The position numbers and the translations under genes are program-made. 64,000 bases of DNA. Origin: Myxococcales bacterium (lineage in GTDB: Bacteria > Myxococcota_A > Polyangia > Polyangiales > DASUME01). Shown here one piece after another: positions 27,777-38,273 of the stretch. The stretch's first letter is position 1; the number at the start of each line of letters is the position of its first letter. The DNA is taken from positions 5,664,001 to 5,728,000 of the forward strand of contig JASGJH010000001.1 of NCBI GenBank assembly GCA_047601445.1. The letters are read 5' to 3'. Below the pieces are notes generated by a model, which saw nothing but the letters and a program-made list of their open reading frames with translations, did not search any database and was not told the DNA's origin.

Positions 27777-27988
27777 CAACAGAGAGCCCTTCGAAAAGCC
27801 GACGCGGAAGCGTGCGCTAGCCGTCGAACGCTCATGATTGCGGCGAAGTCACGAGCTCGCACGCGTACCGCAACGTGGGTCGCTGGCTTTGCAAAAAGTT
27901 GCTTGCGGGCTGAACTCCGCAAGACTGTCTGGCAACCATTCGTACAGAGGCGCGACAACCTGCGCGCTTGAAACGAGGAGGATGCTCC

Positions 27989-28522
27989 ATGCGAGCTCAC
28001 TATCTGCGCTCTTGTTTGGTCGTAGCTCTCGGGGTCGGCGTCGGCGCTGTAGCGGCCTGCGGTAGCGACAACAACGAAACCTACAACGATGCTGGCGCTG
28101 GTGACGGCGATGGCGATGGTGACGGTGATGGTGATGGCGACGCCGGGGGCGGCGATGGCGACGCCGGGGGCGGCGTCATCCCGACCCTCAACGGCTGCGC
28201 GCCCAGTGACTACAAGGATGAGACTGCATCCTCGTCCGATCGCGTGGTCACGATCGCACCCGGGGGCAAGCTCGAGTACTCGCCCAAGTGCATGACCATC
28301 AAGGTCGGCCAGAAGGTGAAGTGGGAGGGCGATCTCTCGAAGCATCCGCTCGACCACGGAAGCCCCACCAACGAGGACCTCGGCAGCCCCAATTCGCCAA
28401 TCAAGGAAACCAAGAGCGGCGACAGCGTGGAGTTCACCTTCTCGGCGCCCGGCACCTATCCCTACTACTGCGAGGTGCACGGCACGCTCGGCATGGTGGG
28501 TAGCATTCACGTCGAAGAGTAA
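27989..28522 (+). CDS. Plastocyanin/cupredoxin-domain lipoprotein
   Basis: RBS GAGGAGG; lipobox VAAC; (GD)n linker; type-1 Cu ligands HPL...YYCEVHGTLGMVG. Confidence 0.88.
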   Translation: MRAHYLRSCLVVALGVGVGAVAACGSDNNETYNDAGAGDGDGDGDGDGDGDAGGGDGDAGGGVIPTLNGCAPSDYKDETASSSDRVVTIAPGGKLEYSPKCMTIKVGQKVKWEGDLSKHPLDHGSPTNEDLGSPNSPIKETKSGDSVEFTFSAPGTYPYYCEVHGTLGMVGSIHVEE

Positions 28523-28528
28523 GAGCTT

Positions 28529-28595
28529 CGGGGAGGTCGCGTGACCTCCCAGCTAAAACACCGCGACGGGCGGGGAGGTCGCGTGACCTCCCCGC
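28529..28595. repeat. Two REP-like palindromes GGGGAGGTC-GCGT-GACCTCCC between convergent genes
   Basis: Copies at 28529-28550 and 28570-28595, each followed by TAAA(A)CACCGCG. Confidence 0.8.
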
Positions 28596-29191
28596 TAAAC
28601 ACCGCGCATTTGGAACGTGTAGCGCGTGACCAGGCGCGCGTCGGAGTGCCGCTGCAGGAGCTCCGATCGCACATCGCAGTCGATGCCGAGCTCATCCCGG
28701 ATTCCCTCGAAGAAGGGGTGCAGCGTGGGCCACGTCAGCTGGTCCACCAGTCCAAGGCTTTCCGCCGCGCGATAGTAACGGTCCACGCCGCTCAAGCGCA
28801 CGCTGCATAGCCGTTCGTCGTAGTGCTCCACGTGGAACACGTATTCGGGGCTCGCGTTGTAGATGGCTGAGATGAGCAAGGCCACCAGGTCGCGCACGTC
28901 GCCATGGAAGATGGGCGTGCTCGCGTGCTGCGCGCGTGTGGCGCGTGTCTTGGCTCGGCCCAAGCGATAGAACAGCGCGCGCGAGGCGCGGTCCACGGCA
29001 TGGGCACCCATTTGCTCGGACATCACTTGCAGCAGCAGTCCGTAGAACAACGAGGTCACCTTGGAGAGGTCCGTGGCGAGCTCTCCAGGATCGGCCGGGA
29101 AGAATGCGCCCATCAGCAAGCGTGCGTCTTGCCCTGGATGAAAGTGGTCCTCGGAGCGCATGGACTGGGCGAACGCGAGATCGGCACTCAT
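28595..29191 (-). CDS. Hypothetical protein, possibly V4R/H-NOX-like ligand-binding fold
   Basis: ATGA overlap with the upstream peptidase; helical LFY.LG..K segment followed by a beta-rich C-terminus. The fold is an inference. Confidence 0.6.
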   Translation of the reverse strand: MSADLAFAQSMRSEDHFHPGQDARLLMGAFFPADPGELATDLSKVTSLFYGLLLQVMSEQMGAHAVDRASRALFYRLGRAKTRATRAQHASTPIFHGDVRDLVALLISAIYNASPEYVFHVEHYDERLCSVRLSGVDRYYRAAESLGLVDQLTWPTLHPFFEGIRDELGIDCDVRSELLQRHSDARLVTRYTFQMRGV

Positions 29192-30372
29192 ACGCATACC
29201 TCGAGCTGGTTTTCGAGGGTGTAGCTGCCGTCGCTGGCGGGTTCGATGCGCGCCATGCCGCCCATGCCGAGCGGATAGTTCATGGCGCCGTGTCCGCAGA
29301 TCTCGGGCTGACGATAGACGGGGATCCGCGTGCGACTCGCCACTTCACTCACGATGGCGTCGAGCTCGGCGCGGTCCAGTTGCGCGGCTTGCTTGCGAGC
29401 CTCGGGTTCGAGCTGCGCGTGAGCGACGCGCTTCATGGGCAGCATGGCGCCGACCAGCAGGGCGGCAGCACCCGTGCGCTCGAGCTGGCGGGCCAGGGAC
29501 GAGAACGTGCGATGGAAGTCGTGGGCGTGCCGGTCGTAGTCCTCGCACAGCACGATGCGGCCGCGCAGGTCGGGCATCCACTCCTTGTCCCGATTCAGCA
29601 GGATCGCGCTCAAGTTGCCACCGGACAGCGGACCCACCACGCCCTGTTCGTGGGCCGCGGCGGCGTCGTTCAGGCGCAGCACACCCGTGTAGCGCACGCT
29701 CGACGCGCCGCGCACCAGCGCCCGCAAGTTGTGCACGTTGGCGCTCGGCAATATCTCCCAGTACGCGCACTGGGTGGTGCTGATGGCGTGAGAGAAGAAG
29801 CCCTGGCCGCGCTGGCTCTGGGCGAACAGAGCCCAGTCGGAGTGATGGCTGAAGCCCCCGAGCAGCACCACGGGCCGCCTGGGACGAAAGCTGCTTTCGG
29901 CGAGCGCGTCGACGACACCGTGGCAGCCGCCCTTGCCGAAGAGCGGGAACACGGCGTCCACTCGGTAGTCATCGAGCAAGCGCACCACGTGACGCACCCG
30001 CTCCTCCGGACTGCCCGCCCAACGCTCGAAGTAGGGTGCCACCGCGGCCTGGGTGCGGTCGATCACGGGTTCGAAGCCGAGCTCGCGAATCAGCGCGGCG
30101 CCGGCGGCGAGGCCGGCCTGATAGTCGAGGGCGATCTCGCGGTCACCGTGCAGGGTGTCGCACAGGATGCCGACGCGTGAGCCCGGCGCGAGCAGGGCGG
30201 GCCCTTTGTGGTAGCCGAAGTCGACGCTGCCCTTGAGCCCGACGAAGGGCACGGGCTCGGGTGCGACCGAGGGCCACGCGAGGCGCGCCCTGGCGAGCGC
30301 GGGCGAGGAGCGTCGCTCGGGCAGAGAATGACGGGGAATTGCGGGAAGTTGGCGGGTCGAATGGATGGCCAT
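29188..30372 (-). CDS. S66 family LD-carboxypeptidase/MccF-like peptidase
   Basis: AGS.EER, G.GG, GFSH (catalytic Ser), G.LSGGNLS, LCED (Glu), CGHG..N.PL..G (His). Confidence 0.85.
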   Translation of the reverse strand: MAIHSTRQLPAIPRHSLPERRSSPALARARLAWPSVAPEPVPFVGLKGSVDFGYHKGPALLAPGSRVGILCDTLHGDREIALDYQAGLAAGAALIRELGFEPVIDRTQAAVAPYFERWAGSPEERVRHVVRLLDDYRVDAVFPLFGKGGCHGVVDALAESSFRPRRPVVLLGGFSHHSDWALFAQSQRGQGFFSHAISTTQCAYWEILPSANVHNLRALVRGASSVRYTGVLRLNDAAAAHEQGVVGPLSGGNLSAILLNRDKEWMPDLRGRIVLCEDYDRHAHDFHRTFSSLARQLERTGAAALLVGAMLPMKRVAHAQLEPEARKQAAQLDRAELDAIVSEVASRTRIPVYRQPEICGHGAMNYPLGMGGMARIEPASDGSYTLENQLEVCV

Positions 30373-30540
30373 GGCAGGTTCTCTCCGGGGCCGGAGCGAA
30401 CTGCTCCAAGGCCATGAGGAGATGCTGGGCAGACGGCGTGTGAACGGGCGTGAGAGTCAGCGTGGAAATTTCGCGCGCGCGAGGCCGTATGTGGGGATTC
30501 GCATCGCACCCGTGTTGCCACGAGAAGGAACGTCCGCGCC

Positions 30541-33500
30541 ATGTCGGCTCCCGGAGACACCCTGCAGATCCGTATGCTCGGCGAATTGCGCATGTTGCGC
30601 AACGGCGTGCCCCAATCGTTACCTCCCTCCAAGAAGACGCGGGCGCTGCTCGGGTATCTTCTGCTGAGCGGTCGCGAGCAACGGCGCGAGCGTTTGTGCA
30701 GCATGTTCTGGGACGTGGCCGACGACCCGCGAGGCGCGCTGCGCTGGAGTCTGAGCCGATTGCGCAGTCTGCTCGACGATCCACAGGCTGCACGGCTCAA
30801 GCCCGGGCGTGAGACGGTGGGGGTCGAGCTGTTGGGGGCGGAAGTCGACGCGCTCGCCTTGCGGCGAGCCGTGTTCGCGGCCGGCGGCGTCGAGCGCATG
30901 GAGACGGCGGCCCTGGAGCATTGGGCGGAATCATTCTCGGGCGAGCTACTCGAGGGGCTCGATCTGCCGGACTTCGAGGAGTATCAGGCCTTCCTGGTGG
31001 GCCAGCGCGAGGAGCTGCGCGGACTGCGCATCGGCGTGCTCCGTAGTCTGTCGTCGCGCCTGGCCGCGAGCCCAGAGCGCGCGCTTTCGTACGGCCGTTG
31101 CCTGGCGAAGCTCGATCCCGGGAGTTTGAGCGCGCGTGTGGAGCTGTTGCGCCTCGCTCATCTCACGGGTCGAGTCGACGAAGCTACCCAGCACTACACG
31201 GCGGCACGGCGACATTTTCAAGAGATCGGCTCGCGCGACCTGGCGGCGCTCGAACGGGCTTGGCACCAGCTGCGCCAAAGCCCGGCATCTTCGACCGCCA
31301 GCTCCCAGCCGGCGGCGCCCGTGCTGGACGAGTCGGCCCCACGTGTCTCCCGTCTCTCGTGGTCGCTCGGCGCCAACGACAGCGAGGTCATCGGTCGCGG
31401 CGAAGAGCTCGCGTTCTTGCGCACGTGCCTCAAGGGCGTGGTCAGCGAACAGCGCCCCAAGGTCGTCCTGCTGAGCGGTGAGCCTGGTATCGGCAAGTCC
31501 CACGTGTTGCGCTTCTTCAGCGACTGGGCGCGCGCGCGCAACTTGCAAGTGGTGGCCGGCACGGCCTACGAGGGCGAGCGAAGCCGGCCCTACGGTCCCC
31601 TGCTCGACTGCGTACGCGCCACGGGAGAGCTAGCGCCAATCGCGCGCATGGACTCGTCGCACGCCATGCCGGTGTTGGAGGACGAGCGTGCACGTCAGCG
31701 CTCGCGCGAGGAGTTGTTTGCAGGCACGGCCCAGTTCATCGAGCGCTGCGCCGGCAAGGCGGCGGCGCTGTGCTTGATTCTAGAGGACGCGCAGTGGCTC
31801 GATCGTGCGAGCGCGGAGCTCTTGCACTACGCGGCCCGCAGCATGAAGGCGCCCGCCTTGATTCTACTCTCGGTACGCAGCGAGGAGGCCGCCGACAATC
31901 CTGCGCTCGTGCAGCTCTTGCGTGGTTTGCGGCGCGACCGCTTGCTGGAGGAGCGCAGCCTGGCCCCGCTCGACGCCGCCGCCATGGAGGCGCTGCTGGG
32001 TGCCCACGGTTGCGCGCTCGATCCTGAGCGTGTGGCCGAGCAATCTGGCGGCAATCCCCTGTTTGCCCTGGAGATCGCGCGGCTCGGGGAGATCCCGGGG
32101 GAGCGATTGCCGGAATCGATCAGCGAAGCCGTCCGGGAGCGCCTCGCACGCCTGAGCGCAGAGTGCGCGGAGGTGCTGCGCTGGGGCGCGGTGCTGGGCG
32201 GAGCCTTCCACGTGCGCGAGCTGTCCGATCTGAGCAGGCTGAGCCAGGAGACGTTGGTCGAAGCCCTGGAGTCGCTGGAGCGGGCGGCGCTCCTGCGTTG
32301 CGAGCCTTCGCCGGGCTCGCCGGACAACATCTGCTACCGCTTTGCCCACGAGCTCGTACGCCGGGTGGTCTACGCGGATCTCTCGGGCGCCCGTCGACAG
32401 CTCTTGCACGGGCGTGTGGCACGCACGCTCTACGCGCGCGATGTCCACGACGAAGAGCGCCTCTCTCGGCTCGTGCGTCACGCGGCGTTGGCACAGGAGC
32501 ACGCGCTGGCGGCCGAAGCCTGCGTCGCGGCGGGCACACGCTGCCTGCGTCTGTACGCTTACTCGCAGGCCAACGCCCTCGCTTGCCAGGGCGTGCGGCA
32601 CGCCGAACAGCTGAGTGGATTGGAGAGCATGCGTCTTCTGATCGAGCTGCTCGAGATCCAACTGCGGTGCGCGCCACGACGGCAGGCCGCCGCGCTCGCC
32701 GAGCGCATTCGGGCCCTCGGCGAATGGGCCCATTCCACCGGAGCTTTCTCCCATGCCAGACGCGCACACAAGGTCCTGAGCTACTGGCACTTCGACGAAG
32801 ATGGACCGCTCGGCCTCACGCAACACCACATCACGATGGCCGAGCTGATCAGCCGCCACGCCGCGCCGGACGAGCAGCTGGGCTCACTCTCCGAGGCGGC
32901 ACGCTGCATGTTGTTGCTCGGCCGCGAGCACGAGCGTGCCCGGGGTCTCTTGCACGACGCCGAGCAGCAGGCGCAGCGGCTGCACCTCGAGCCCGCGGTG
33001 CTGCGCGACGCCCAGGGTCTCGCGCACCTGTTTCGCGGCGAGTACGAGCGAGCCGCGCCGTGCTTCGAGCAGGCGGCGGCTCTGGCCAGCGCCGAGCGCA
33101 ATCCCGTCCTCGAGTTTCACGCCCTCGATCACCGAGCCACGCTGGAGTTCGAACGTCACGACCATCACGCGGCCGCACGCTTTTGCCGGACACTGGTGGA
33201 CGTGGCCCGCAGCGTGCGCGCGGGCGCCGAGCTCCCCTACGCCCAGGGTCTCGAGGCCATGGCGCGCTATGCCCTGGATCCAACGTGCCATCAGGAAGTC
33301 GAGATCCACATGGATCGCCTGCGGGTACTCGAGGCCCAACGTCGGCTGATGCATGCGCTGGCCGTGTTCACCCAGCTCGACGCCCTGCATGGGTGTGCGG
33401 CGCGCGCGCTGGTCCACGCTCACGAAACCCTGGCGCTGGCCCGGGCACTCCAGCGTCCCAACGAGCTCTATCTCGCGCTCGGCGTGATGTGCTGGGCCGA

Positions 33501-33651
33501 GACGGAGCTCGGCCATCCGGAGCGGGCGGCTCAGGCTCGCGCTGAACTGTCACTCCTGGACGAGCGCGAAGTGGCCGAGGGCAGCCGCAAGAACGTGCCG
33601 CGGCTGTGGGCGGCGCGCACGGAAGCGCGCCAGAGCGCCGAGGTCGGCTGA
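30541..33651 (+). CDS. BTAD/SARP-like transcriptional regulator with AAA (STAND) ATPase and TPR-like tail
   Basis: K.RALL.YL...RE.L..MFW...ALRWSLSRLR; GEPGIGKS; LEDAQWLD.AS; SGGNPLFALE; F.HELVR. Confidence 0.88.
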   Translation: MSAPGDTLQIRMLGELRMLRNGVPQSLPPSKKTRALLGYLLLSGREQRRERLCSMFWDVADDPRGALRWSLSRLRSLLDDPQAARLKPGRETVGVELLGAEVDALALRRAVFAAGGVERMETAALEHWAESFSGELLEGLDLPDFEEYQAFLVGQREELRGLRIGVLRSLSSRLAASPERALSYGRCLAKLDPGSLSARVELLRLAHLTGRVDEATQHYTAARRHFQEIGSRDLAALERAWHQLRQSPASSTASSQPAAPVLDESAPRVSRLSWSLGANDSEVIGRGEELAFLRTCLKGVVSEQRPKVVLLSGEPGIGKSHVLRFFSDWARARNLQVVAGTAYEGERSRPYGPLLDCVRATGELAPIARMDSSHAMPVLEDERARQRSREELFAGTAQFIERCAGKAAALCLILEDAQWLDRASAELLHYAARSMKAPALILLSVRSEEAADNPALVQLLRGLRRDRLLEERSLAPLDAAAMEALLGAHGCALDPERVAEQSGGNPLFALEIARLGEIPGERLPESISEAVRERLARLSAECAEVLRWGAVLGGAFHVRELSDLSRLSQETLVEALESLERAALLRCEPSPGSPDNICYRFAHELVRRVVYADLSGARRQLLHGRVARTLYARDVHDEERLSRLVRHAALAQEHALAAEACVAAGTRCLRLYAYSQANALACQGVRHAEQLSGLESMRLLIELLEIQLRCAPRRQAAALAERIRALGEWAHSTGAFSHARRAHKVLSYWHFDEDGPLGLTQHHITMAELISRHAAPDEQLGSLSEAARCMLLLGREHERARGLLHDAEQQAQRLHLEPAVLRDAQGLAHLFRGEYERAAPCFEQAAALASAERNPVLEFHALDHRATLEFERHDHHAAARFCRTLVDVARSVRAGAELPYAQGLEAMARYALDPTCHQEVEIHMDRLRVLEAQRRLMHALAVFTQLDALHGCAARALVHAHETLALARALQRPNELYLALGVMCWAETELGHPERAAQARAELSLLDEREVAEGSRKNVPRLWAARTEARQSAEVG

Positions 33652-33744
33652 GGAGGGCTCTGCCGGGTCTGACGCGGGCGCTCTGCGGGCCACCGAGAGT
33701 TCGAGCAGCCTCCGAGTAACCTCGGGCCTGGCTGCGACGTATAG

Positions 33745-34746
33745 ATGTCGAAGATGTCCACCCGCGGGCCAAGGCAACCGAAAGACGAGGTCACCCCCGA
33801 GGCGCTTTACCTGCGCCGGCGCGAGTTCGTGCGCAATACTGCGCTGTTCGGGCTCACCGCGGCGGGAGTGGGCGGCAGCTTGCTTGCGCTCACAGGGGGC
33901 GTGCGTGGCACCCCCAAGCCGGTCGCCGCTCCCACTTCTCTGCCTCCCGCCTTCTCCCAGCCTCCAAGCAAGTCCGCGCGCTACACGCTCGACGAACCGC
34001 TCACGCCCTACGCGGCCGTGACCACCTACAACAACTTCTACGAGTTCGGCTTCGAGAAGGACGACCCTGCGGCCAACGCCGGCTCCCTGCGCACGCGCCC
34101 CTGGACACTCCGCATCGACGGCGAGCTCAAGCGTCCGCTCGTGCTCGACATCGACCAGCTGCTCGGCTGGTTTCCCCTGGAAGAGCGCGTGTATCGCATG
34201 CGCTGCGTGGAGGCCTGGTCCATGGTTATCCCCTGGCTCGGCTTCCCCCTGGGTGATTTGATCCGGCGCGCCGAGCCCACCTCGCGCGCCAAGTACGTGG
34301 CCTTCACCACCCTGTTCGACCCGCAGCAGATGCCCGAGCAAAGTGGCGACGCGCTGGGCTGGCCCTACATCGAGGGCCTGCGCATCGACGAGGCCGTGCA
34401 TCCCCTCACCTTGCTCTCGGTAGGACTCTACGGAAAGCCCCTGCCCAACCAGAACGGCGCGCCGATTCGTCTGGTGGTGCCCTGGAAGTACGGCTTCAAG
34501 GGCATCAAGTCCATCGTGCGCATCACGCTGCAGGAGCAGCCGCCTGCAACCACCTGGAACCTGGCGGCACCCTCGGAGTACGGCTTCTACGCCAACGTGA
34601 ATCCGCGCGTGGACCACCCGCGCTGGAGCCAGGCCAGCGAACGCCGCATCGGTGAGCTCGAACGGCGACCGACGCTGCCCTTCAACGGCTATGCCGACGA
34701 GGTCGCCTCGCTCTACGCTGGACTCGACCTGAGGCGGTCCTTCTGA
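33745..34746 (+). CDS. msrP: Protein-methionine-sulfoxide reductase catalytic subunit MsrP
   Basis: Tat signal [53 protein letters not shown]. Confidence 0.96.
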   Translation: MSKMSTRGPRQPKDEVTPEALYLRRREFVRNTALFGLTAAGVGGSLLALTGGVRGTPKPVAAPTSLPPAFSQPPSKSARYTLDEPLTPYAAVTTYNNFYEFGFEKDDPAANAGSLRTRPWTLRIDGELKRPLVLDIDQLLGWFPLEERVYRMRCVEAWSMVIPWLGFPLGDLIRRAEPTSRAKYVAFTTLFDPQQMPEQSGDALGWPYIEGLRIDEAVHPLTLLSVGLYGKPLPNQNGAPIRLVVPWKYGFKGIKSIVRITLQEQPPATTWNLAAPSEYGFYANVNPRVDHPRWSQASERRIGELERRPTLPFNGYADEVASLYAGLDLRRSF

Positions 34747-35360
34747 TGGCCTCCCTCGCAGCACACGAGAAGCCTCTCCCACGGCGCAAGCCCTCACTGG
34801 CCTGGCTCAAGCCCGGCGTGCTGGTGGGGTCGTCGATTCCGCTGCTCGATCTCGTGCTGCGTGCTTCGCGTGGAGAGCTCGGTGCCAACCCGGTCTCCGA
34901 GGCACTCAACCGACTGGGCCTGCTGGCGCTCATCTTTTTGATCGCGTCGCTCGCCTGCACGCCCCTCAAGTTATTCGGCTGGGCCACACCGATGCGATTG
35001 CGGCGCATGTTGGGCCTGCTCGCCTTCTTCTACGCGAGTCTGCACTTTGGTGTGTATCTGTTCCTCGACCGCTTGGGCGCCCAGAGCTCCCTGACCCAGG
35101 ACCTCACCGAACGTCCCTTCATCAGCGCGGGCTTCCTGGCGTGGCTCTCACTCGTACCGCTCGCCGCCACCTCCACGGCCGGCATGATCAAGCGCCTCGG
35201 CGCGGCCCGCTGGCGTAAACTCCACCGGCTCGCCTACGTGGCGGCGGGGCTGGGAGCGCTGCACTTCGTGTGGCGCGTGAAGCGGGACGTCACGGAGCCC
35301 GTGATCTACGGGCTGGTGTTGCTGTGCTTGCTGGCCGTGCGCTTCAAACGCACCAAGTGA
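34746..35360 (+). CDS. msrQ: Heme-binding membrane subunit MsrQ
   Basis: SLACTP, RRMLGL.AFFY..LH, PLA.TS...W.KLH.L.Y, LHF.W; coupled to msrP. Confidence 0.94.
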   Translation: MASLAAHEKPLPRRKPSLAWLKPGVLVGSSIPLLDLVLRASRGELGANPVSEALNRLGLLALIFLIASLACTPLKLFGWATPMRLRRMLGLLAFFYASLHFGVYLFLDRLGAQSSLTQDLTERPFISAGFLAWLSLVPLAATSTAGMIKRLGAARWRKLHRLAYVAAGLGALHFVWRVKRDVTEPVIYGLVLLCLLAVRFKRTK

Positions 35361-35406
35361 ACGCTGCACGCCATCGGCGGCACCCGGGTCGTAGGTAACC
35401 GAGTGC

Positions 35407-36126
35407 TCACCGACGCGGCGGGCGCGGACCGCGATGGCGGGCGTGGTGATGCGTGTCCTCCGTGTTCAGCGACGGGGATCGCACCTCACCGAGTTCATCG
35501 CCCTCGAAGTCGAACAGAGAAGCGTCGTGGAGGTTGTCCTCACTCACGTCGAGCTCGTTGGGTCCTTCGCGCTCGAGGTCGTCTTCATCGTCCTGGTTGC
35601 GCTCCACGGCGGCCATGGCCGGAGCGAGCTCCTCGAGCGCGCGATCCGAGGTGCCTGCCGCCATGGTCTGATTGACGGTGTTGCTCCACACGTCCTCGTC
35701 AGGGTCGAAGTTGGGCCCGGTAAGCGCCTCGTCGCTACGCGGCCCGCTGTCGATCTGCAGCTCGTCGTCCTCGCTGTTCGGTGCGGCTTCGAAATCCCCG
35801 GCCTCCATCGCATCATTCAAGAACTGACGTCCCATCTCCTCGGGCTCCATGGAGAGCCCTTCCTCATTGCGCTGATGCACATGCAGTTCTTCGCCCAGCT
35901 CGTCGGGCTGTGCGGTCAGCGTGCTGGAATCCACGGGCGCGGGAACATGGGGCGTTCCTCGCCCGGTCCTGGCTGCTCGCCCTTGCCGGGTCGACCTGCC
36001 AGGGTCGCGCCGACTGCTCACCGCACGCCTGCTGGGTGCGTCGGGAGATGCCGCCCCCTTGCGCGTGCCTCCGCTCTCCGCTCGCGCGCCCGAGGACGCG
36101 CTTCGACCGTGTTTCGCCTCGGTCAT
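35407..36126 (-). CDS. Hypothetical acidic protein
   Basis: ATG at 36126 with AGGAG RBS; D/E-rich C-terminal region; GC3-rich codons. Confidence 0.6.
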   Translation of the reverse strand: MTEAKHGRSASSGARAESGGTRKGAASPDAPSRRAVSSRRDPGRSTRQGRAARTGRGTPHVPAPVDSSTLTAQPDELGEELHVHQRNEEGLSMEPEEMGRQFLNDAMEAGDFEAAPNSEDDELQIDSGPRSDEALTGPNFDPDEDVWSNTVNQTMAAGTSDRALEELAPAMAAVERNQDDEDDLEREGPNELDVSEDNLHDASLFDFEGDELGEVRSPSLNTEDTHHHARHRGPRPPRR

Positions 36127-36335
36127 GTCTCGCTCCTGAATCGACGAGGTCCTGCTCACGACGTACGCGCGAGACCGCGCGACCGCTAGGGCCACGAGCA
36201 GCCGCCCCCAGAACCGCGCGGAAGTGAGGCGAGAGTGCCTGAGGTCCAACGACTTGTGCGAGGCTCTTCGTGTTTTCGCCCTGCGGATCGACGAATCATG
36301 CCAAGATCCGGCGATTCATGGCGGGTCTCCACCCG

Positions 36336-38144
36336 ATGCAGGAGCCTCGAGCTTCTACCCGTTCCACCGGCACACGGCGCCGGGACTCACGCGCGCGTCA
36401 TGGCAAGCAGCTGTCACGGTTAGCCCTCCTGTGCTGCTTGCAGGCGAGTTGCAGCGAACCTACGCCGAGCGTCGTGCATGCCCCAGTCGTGGCCACACCC
36501 GAGCAGCTCGGCGAGCACTGCCGGCAAGCCGTGGGCGCGCCGCGCGTGGAGAAAGTGGGCGATCGCATCTTCGTGGCCATCGGCTACGACCTGGCCAACA
36601 CCATCGCGATCAAGACCGAGCACGGACGCATCATCGTGGACGCCATGATGAGCCCCGAACGTGCACAGCTGGCCAAGGCCGCCTTGGACGCTCAGGTCCC
36701 CGGGCCGACCCACGCGGTGGTGCTCACGCACAGCCATATCGATCACGTGGGTGGCATCGGCACCTGGCTGGAAGCGAATACACAGATCTGGGCCACCGAC
36801 GCCTTCGCTGAACACTTCTTGAAGCAGTACGGGGTCTTTCAAGCGGCCGAACGGGCGCGTGGCCTGCGTCAATTCGGCGCTCACTTGCCCGACGCGGCGC
36901 TGCCTTGCTCAGCCCTCGGTCGCAAGCCCGACTTCTCCGCCAGCGTGGGCGCCGGCTTTCGCATGCCGACCCACACCTTCAGCGGCCAGCGAGACCTGAG
37001 CATCGATGGCGTCGCACTCGAGCTCGTGGAGGCGCACGGTGAGACCGACGATCAGCTATTCGTATGGCTGCCGAGCGAGAAGGCGCTCTTACCTGGCGAC
37101 AACTATTACCAGGCCTTCCCCAACCTCTACACCATCCGGGGCACGCGCCCGCGCCATGTGGACCAATGGATCGGTAGCCTCGATCGTATGCGTCGCCGCG
37201 AGCCCGAGTACCTCGTCCCTTCCCACACGGTGCCGCTGCGAGGACGCGCGCAAGTCCTGGAGCACCTGACCAACTACCGCGACGCGATCGCTTATCTGCA
37301 AGCGCACGTGGTGCGAGCGGCCAACGCAGGTACGTCGCTGGGAGCGCTCAGCGAACACCTGGCCCTGCCAGCGCATCTGGCGAGCCAGCCCTACTTGTTG
37401 CCACTCTACGGTGAGCTGCACTGGTCGGTGCGCGCCATGTACATGAACGAGCTCGGCTGGTTCGATGGCGAGACCGCAGAGCTCTACCCGCTCCCTCAAA
37501 GCGAGCTCGCAGCGCGCGAAGTTCAGCTGCTGGGGGGACCCGACAAGGTACTCACGCTGGTGGAGCAAGCGCTGACGCAAAAGGATCCGCAGTGGGCGCT
37601 CCACCTGATCGCGAAGCTCGAGCACTCCCAGCTCGTTGCAGCCGAGGTCCAGCAGCGACTGCTGGCGGCGCGCATCCAGTCGGAGACCGCGCTCGGCGAA
37701 CGCGTGACCAACACCAACGGCCGCGGCTACCTGCTCGAGTCAGCCCTATCGCGTCAACACCCGGAGCTCCCGAGCTTCCGACCCAAGCTGGAGGGCGAGC
37801 TGCTGTCGACCATCCCGGTGCGCATGTTCTTCGAAGCTTTGCCGGGCCGGCTCAGGCCCGACGCCGCGGGCGACATCGTGGAGACCTTGGCGGTGGAACT
37901 CAGCGACGTGAAGTCGCGCTTCGTGCTCACCTTGCGACGCGGTGTACTCGAAGTGGTGGAGGGCGACCCGCTGCCGCTCACGCCCACTCCCTTCGCTATC
38001 CTGCAAACCGACAGCGCCACCTTCAAGGATCTCGCCCTCAAGCGCACGAGTCCCCTCGTGGCCATTGGAAGCGGCAAGCTCTCCATCACCGGCAATGCCC
38101 TGCGCGTGCCAGAATTCTTCGGGCTGTTTCAGCAGGAGCTGTGA
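36336..38144 (+). CDS. Alkyl/aryl sulfatase (BDS1/SdsA-like MBL fold) with dimerisation and SCP2 domains
   Basis: THSHIDHVGG, HGETDD, GDNYY.AFPNLYTIRGT, PSH, YG...W.VRA.Y...GWFDG. The start is uncertain. Confidence 0.9.
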   Translation: MQEPRASTRSTGTRRRDSRARHGKQLSRLALLCCLQASCSEPTPSVVHAPVVATPEQLGEHCRQAVGAPRVEKVGDRIFVAIGYDLANTIAIKTEHGRIIVDAMMSPERAQLAKAALDAQVPGPTHAVVLTHSHIDHVGGIGTWLEANTQIWATDAFAEHFLKQYGVFQAAERARGLRQFGAHLPDAALPCSALGRKPDFSASVGAGFRMPTHTFSGQRDLSIDGVALELVEAHGETDDQLFVWLPSEKALLPGDNYYQAFPNLYTIRGTRPRHVDQWIGSLDRMRRREPEYLVPSHTVPLRGRAQVLEHLTNYRDAIAYLQAHVVRAANAGTSLGALSEHLALPAHLASQPYLLPLYGELHWSVRAMYMNELGWFDGETAELYPLPQSELAAREVQLLGGPDKVLTLVEQALTQKDPQWALHLIAKLEHSQLVAAEVQQRLLAARIQSETALGERVTNTNGRGYLLESALSRQHPELPSFRPKLEGELLSTIPVRMFFEALPGRLRPDAAGDIVETLAVELSDVKSRFVLTLRRGVLEVVEGDPLPLTPTPFAILQTDSATFKDLALKRTSPLVAIGSGKLSITGNALRVPEFFGLFQQEL

Positions 38145-38273
38145 AACATCCGCTCTGCTCACAGGGCCCCGTTCACCCCTAGTTCCCGTGCATTTTTGGT
38201 GCGCCGGGACGTCGGGCCGTCTTTCATAGCACTCCCGCGACGACTCATGCTGCGGGCGCTGCAAGGGGACGAG

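Noticed and set aside
28100..28170. GGCGAT/GGTGAC microsatellite
   Set aside because: It encodes the (GD)n linker common in myxobacterial lipoproteins
30506..30520. Sigma-54-like TGGCAACACGGGTGC on the minus strand upstream of the S66 gene
   Set aside because: Weak consensus match, and the adjacent regulator is not an enhancer-binding protein
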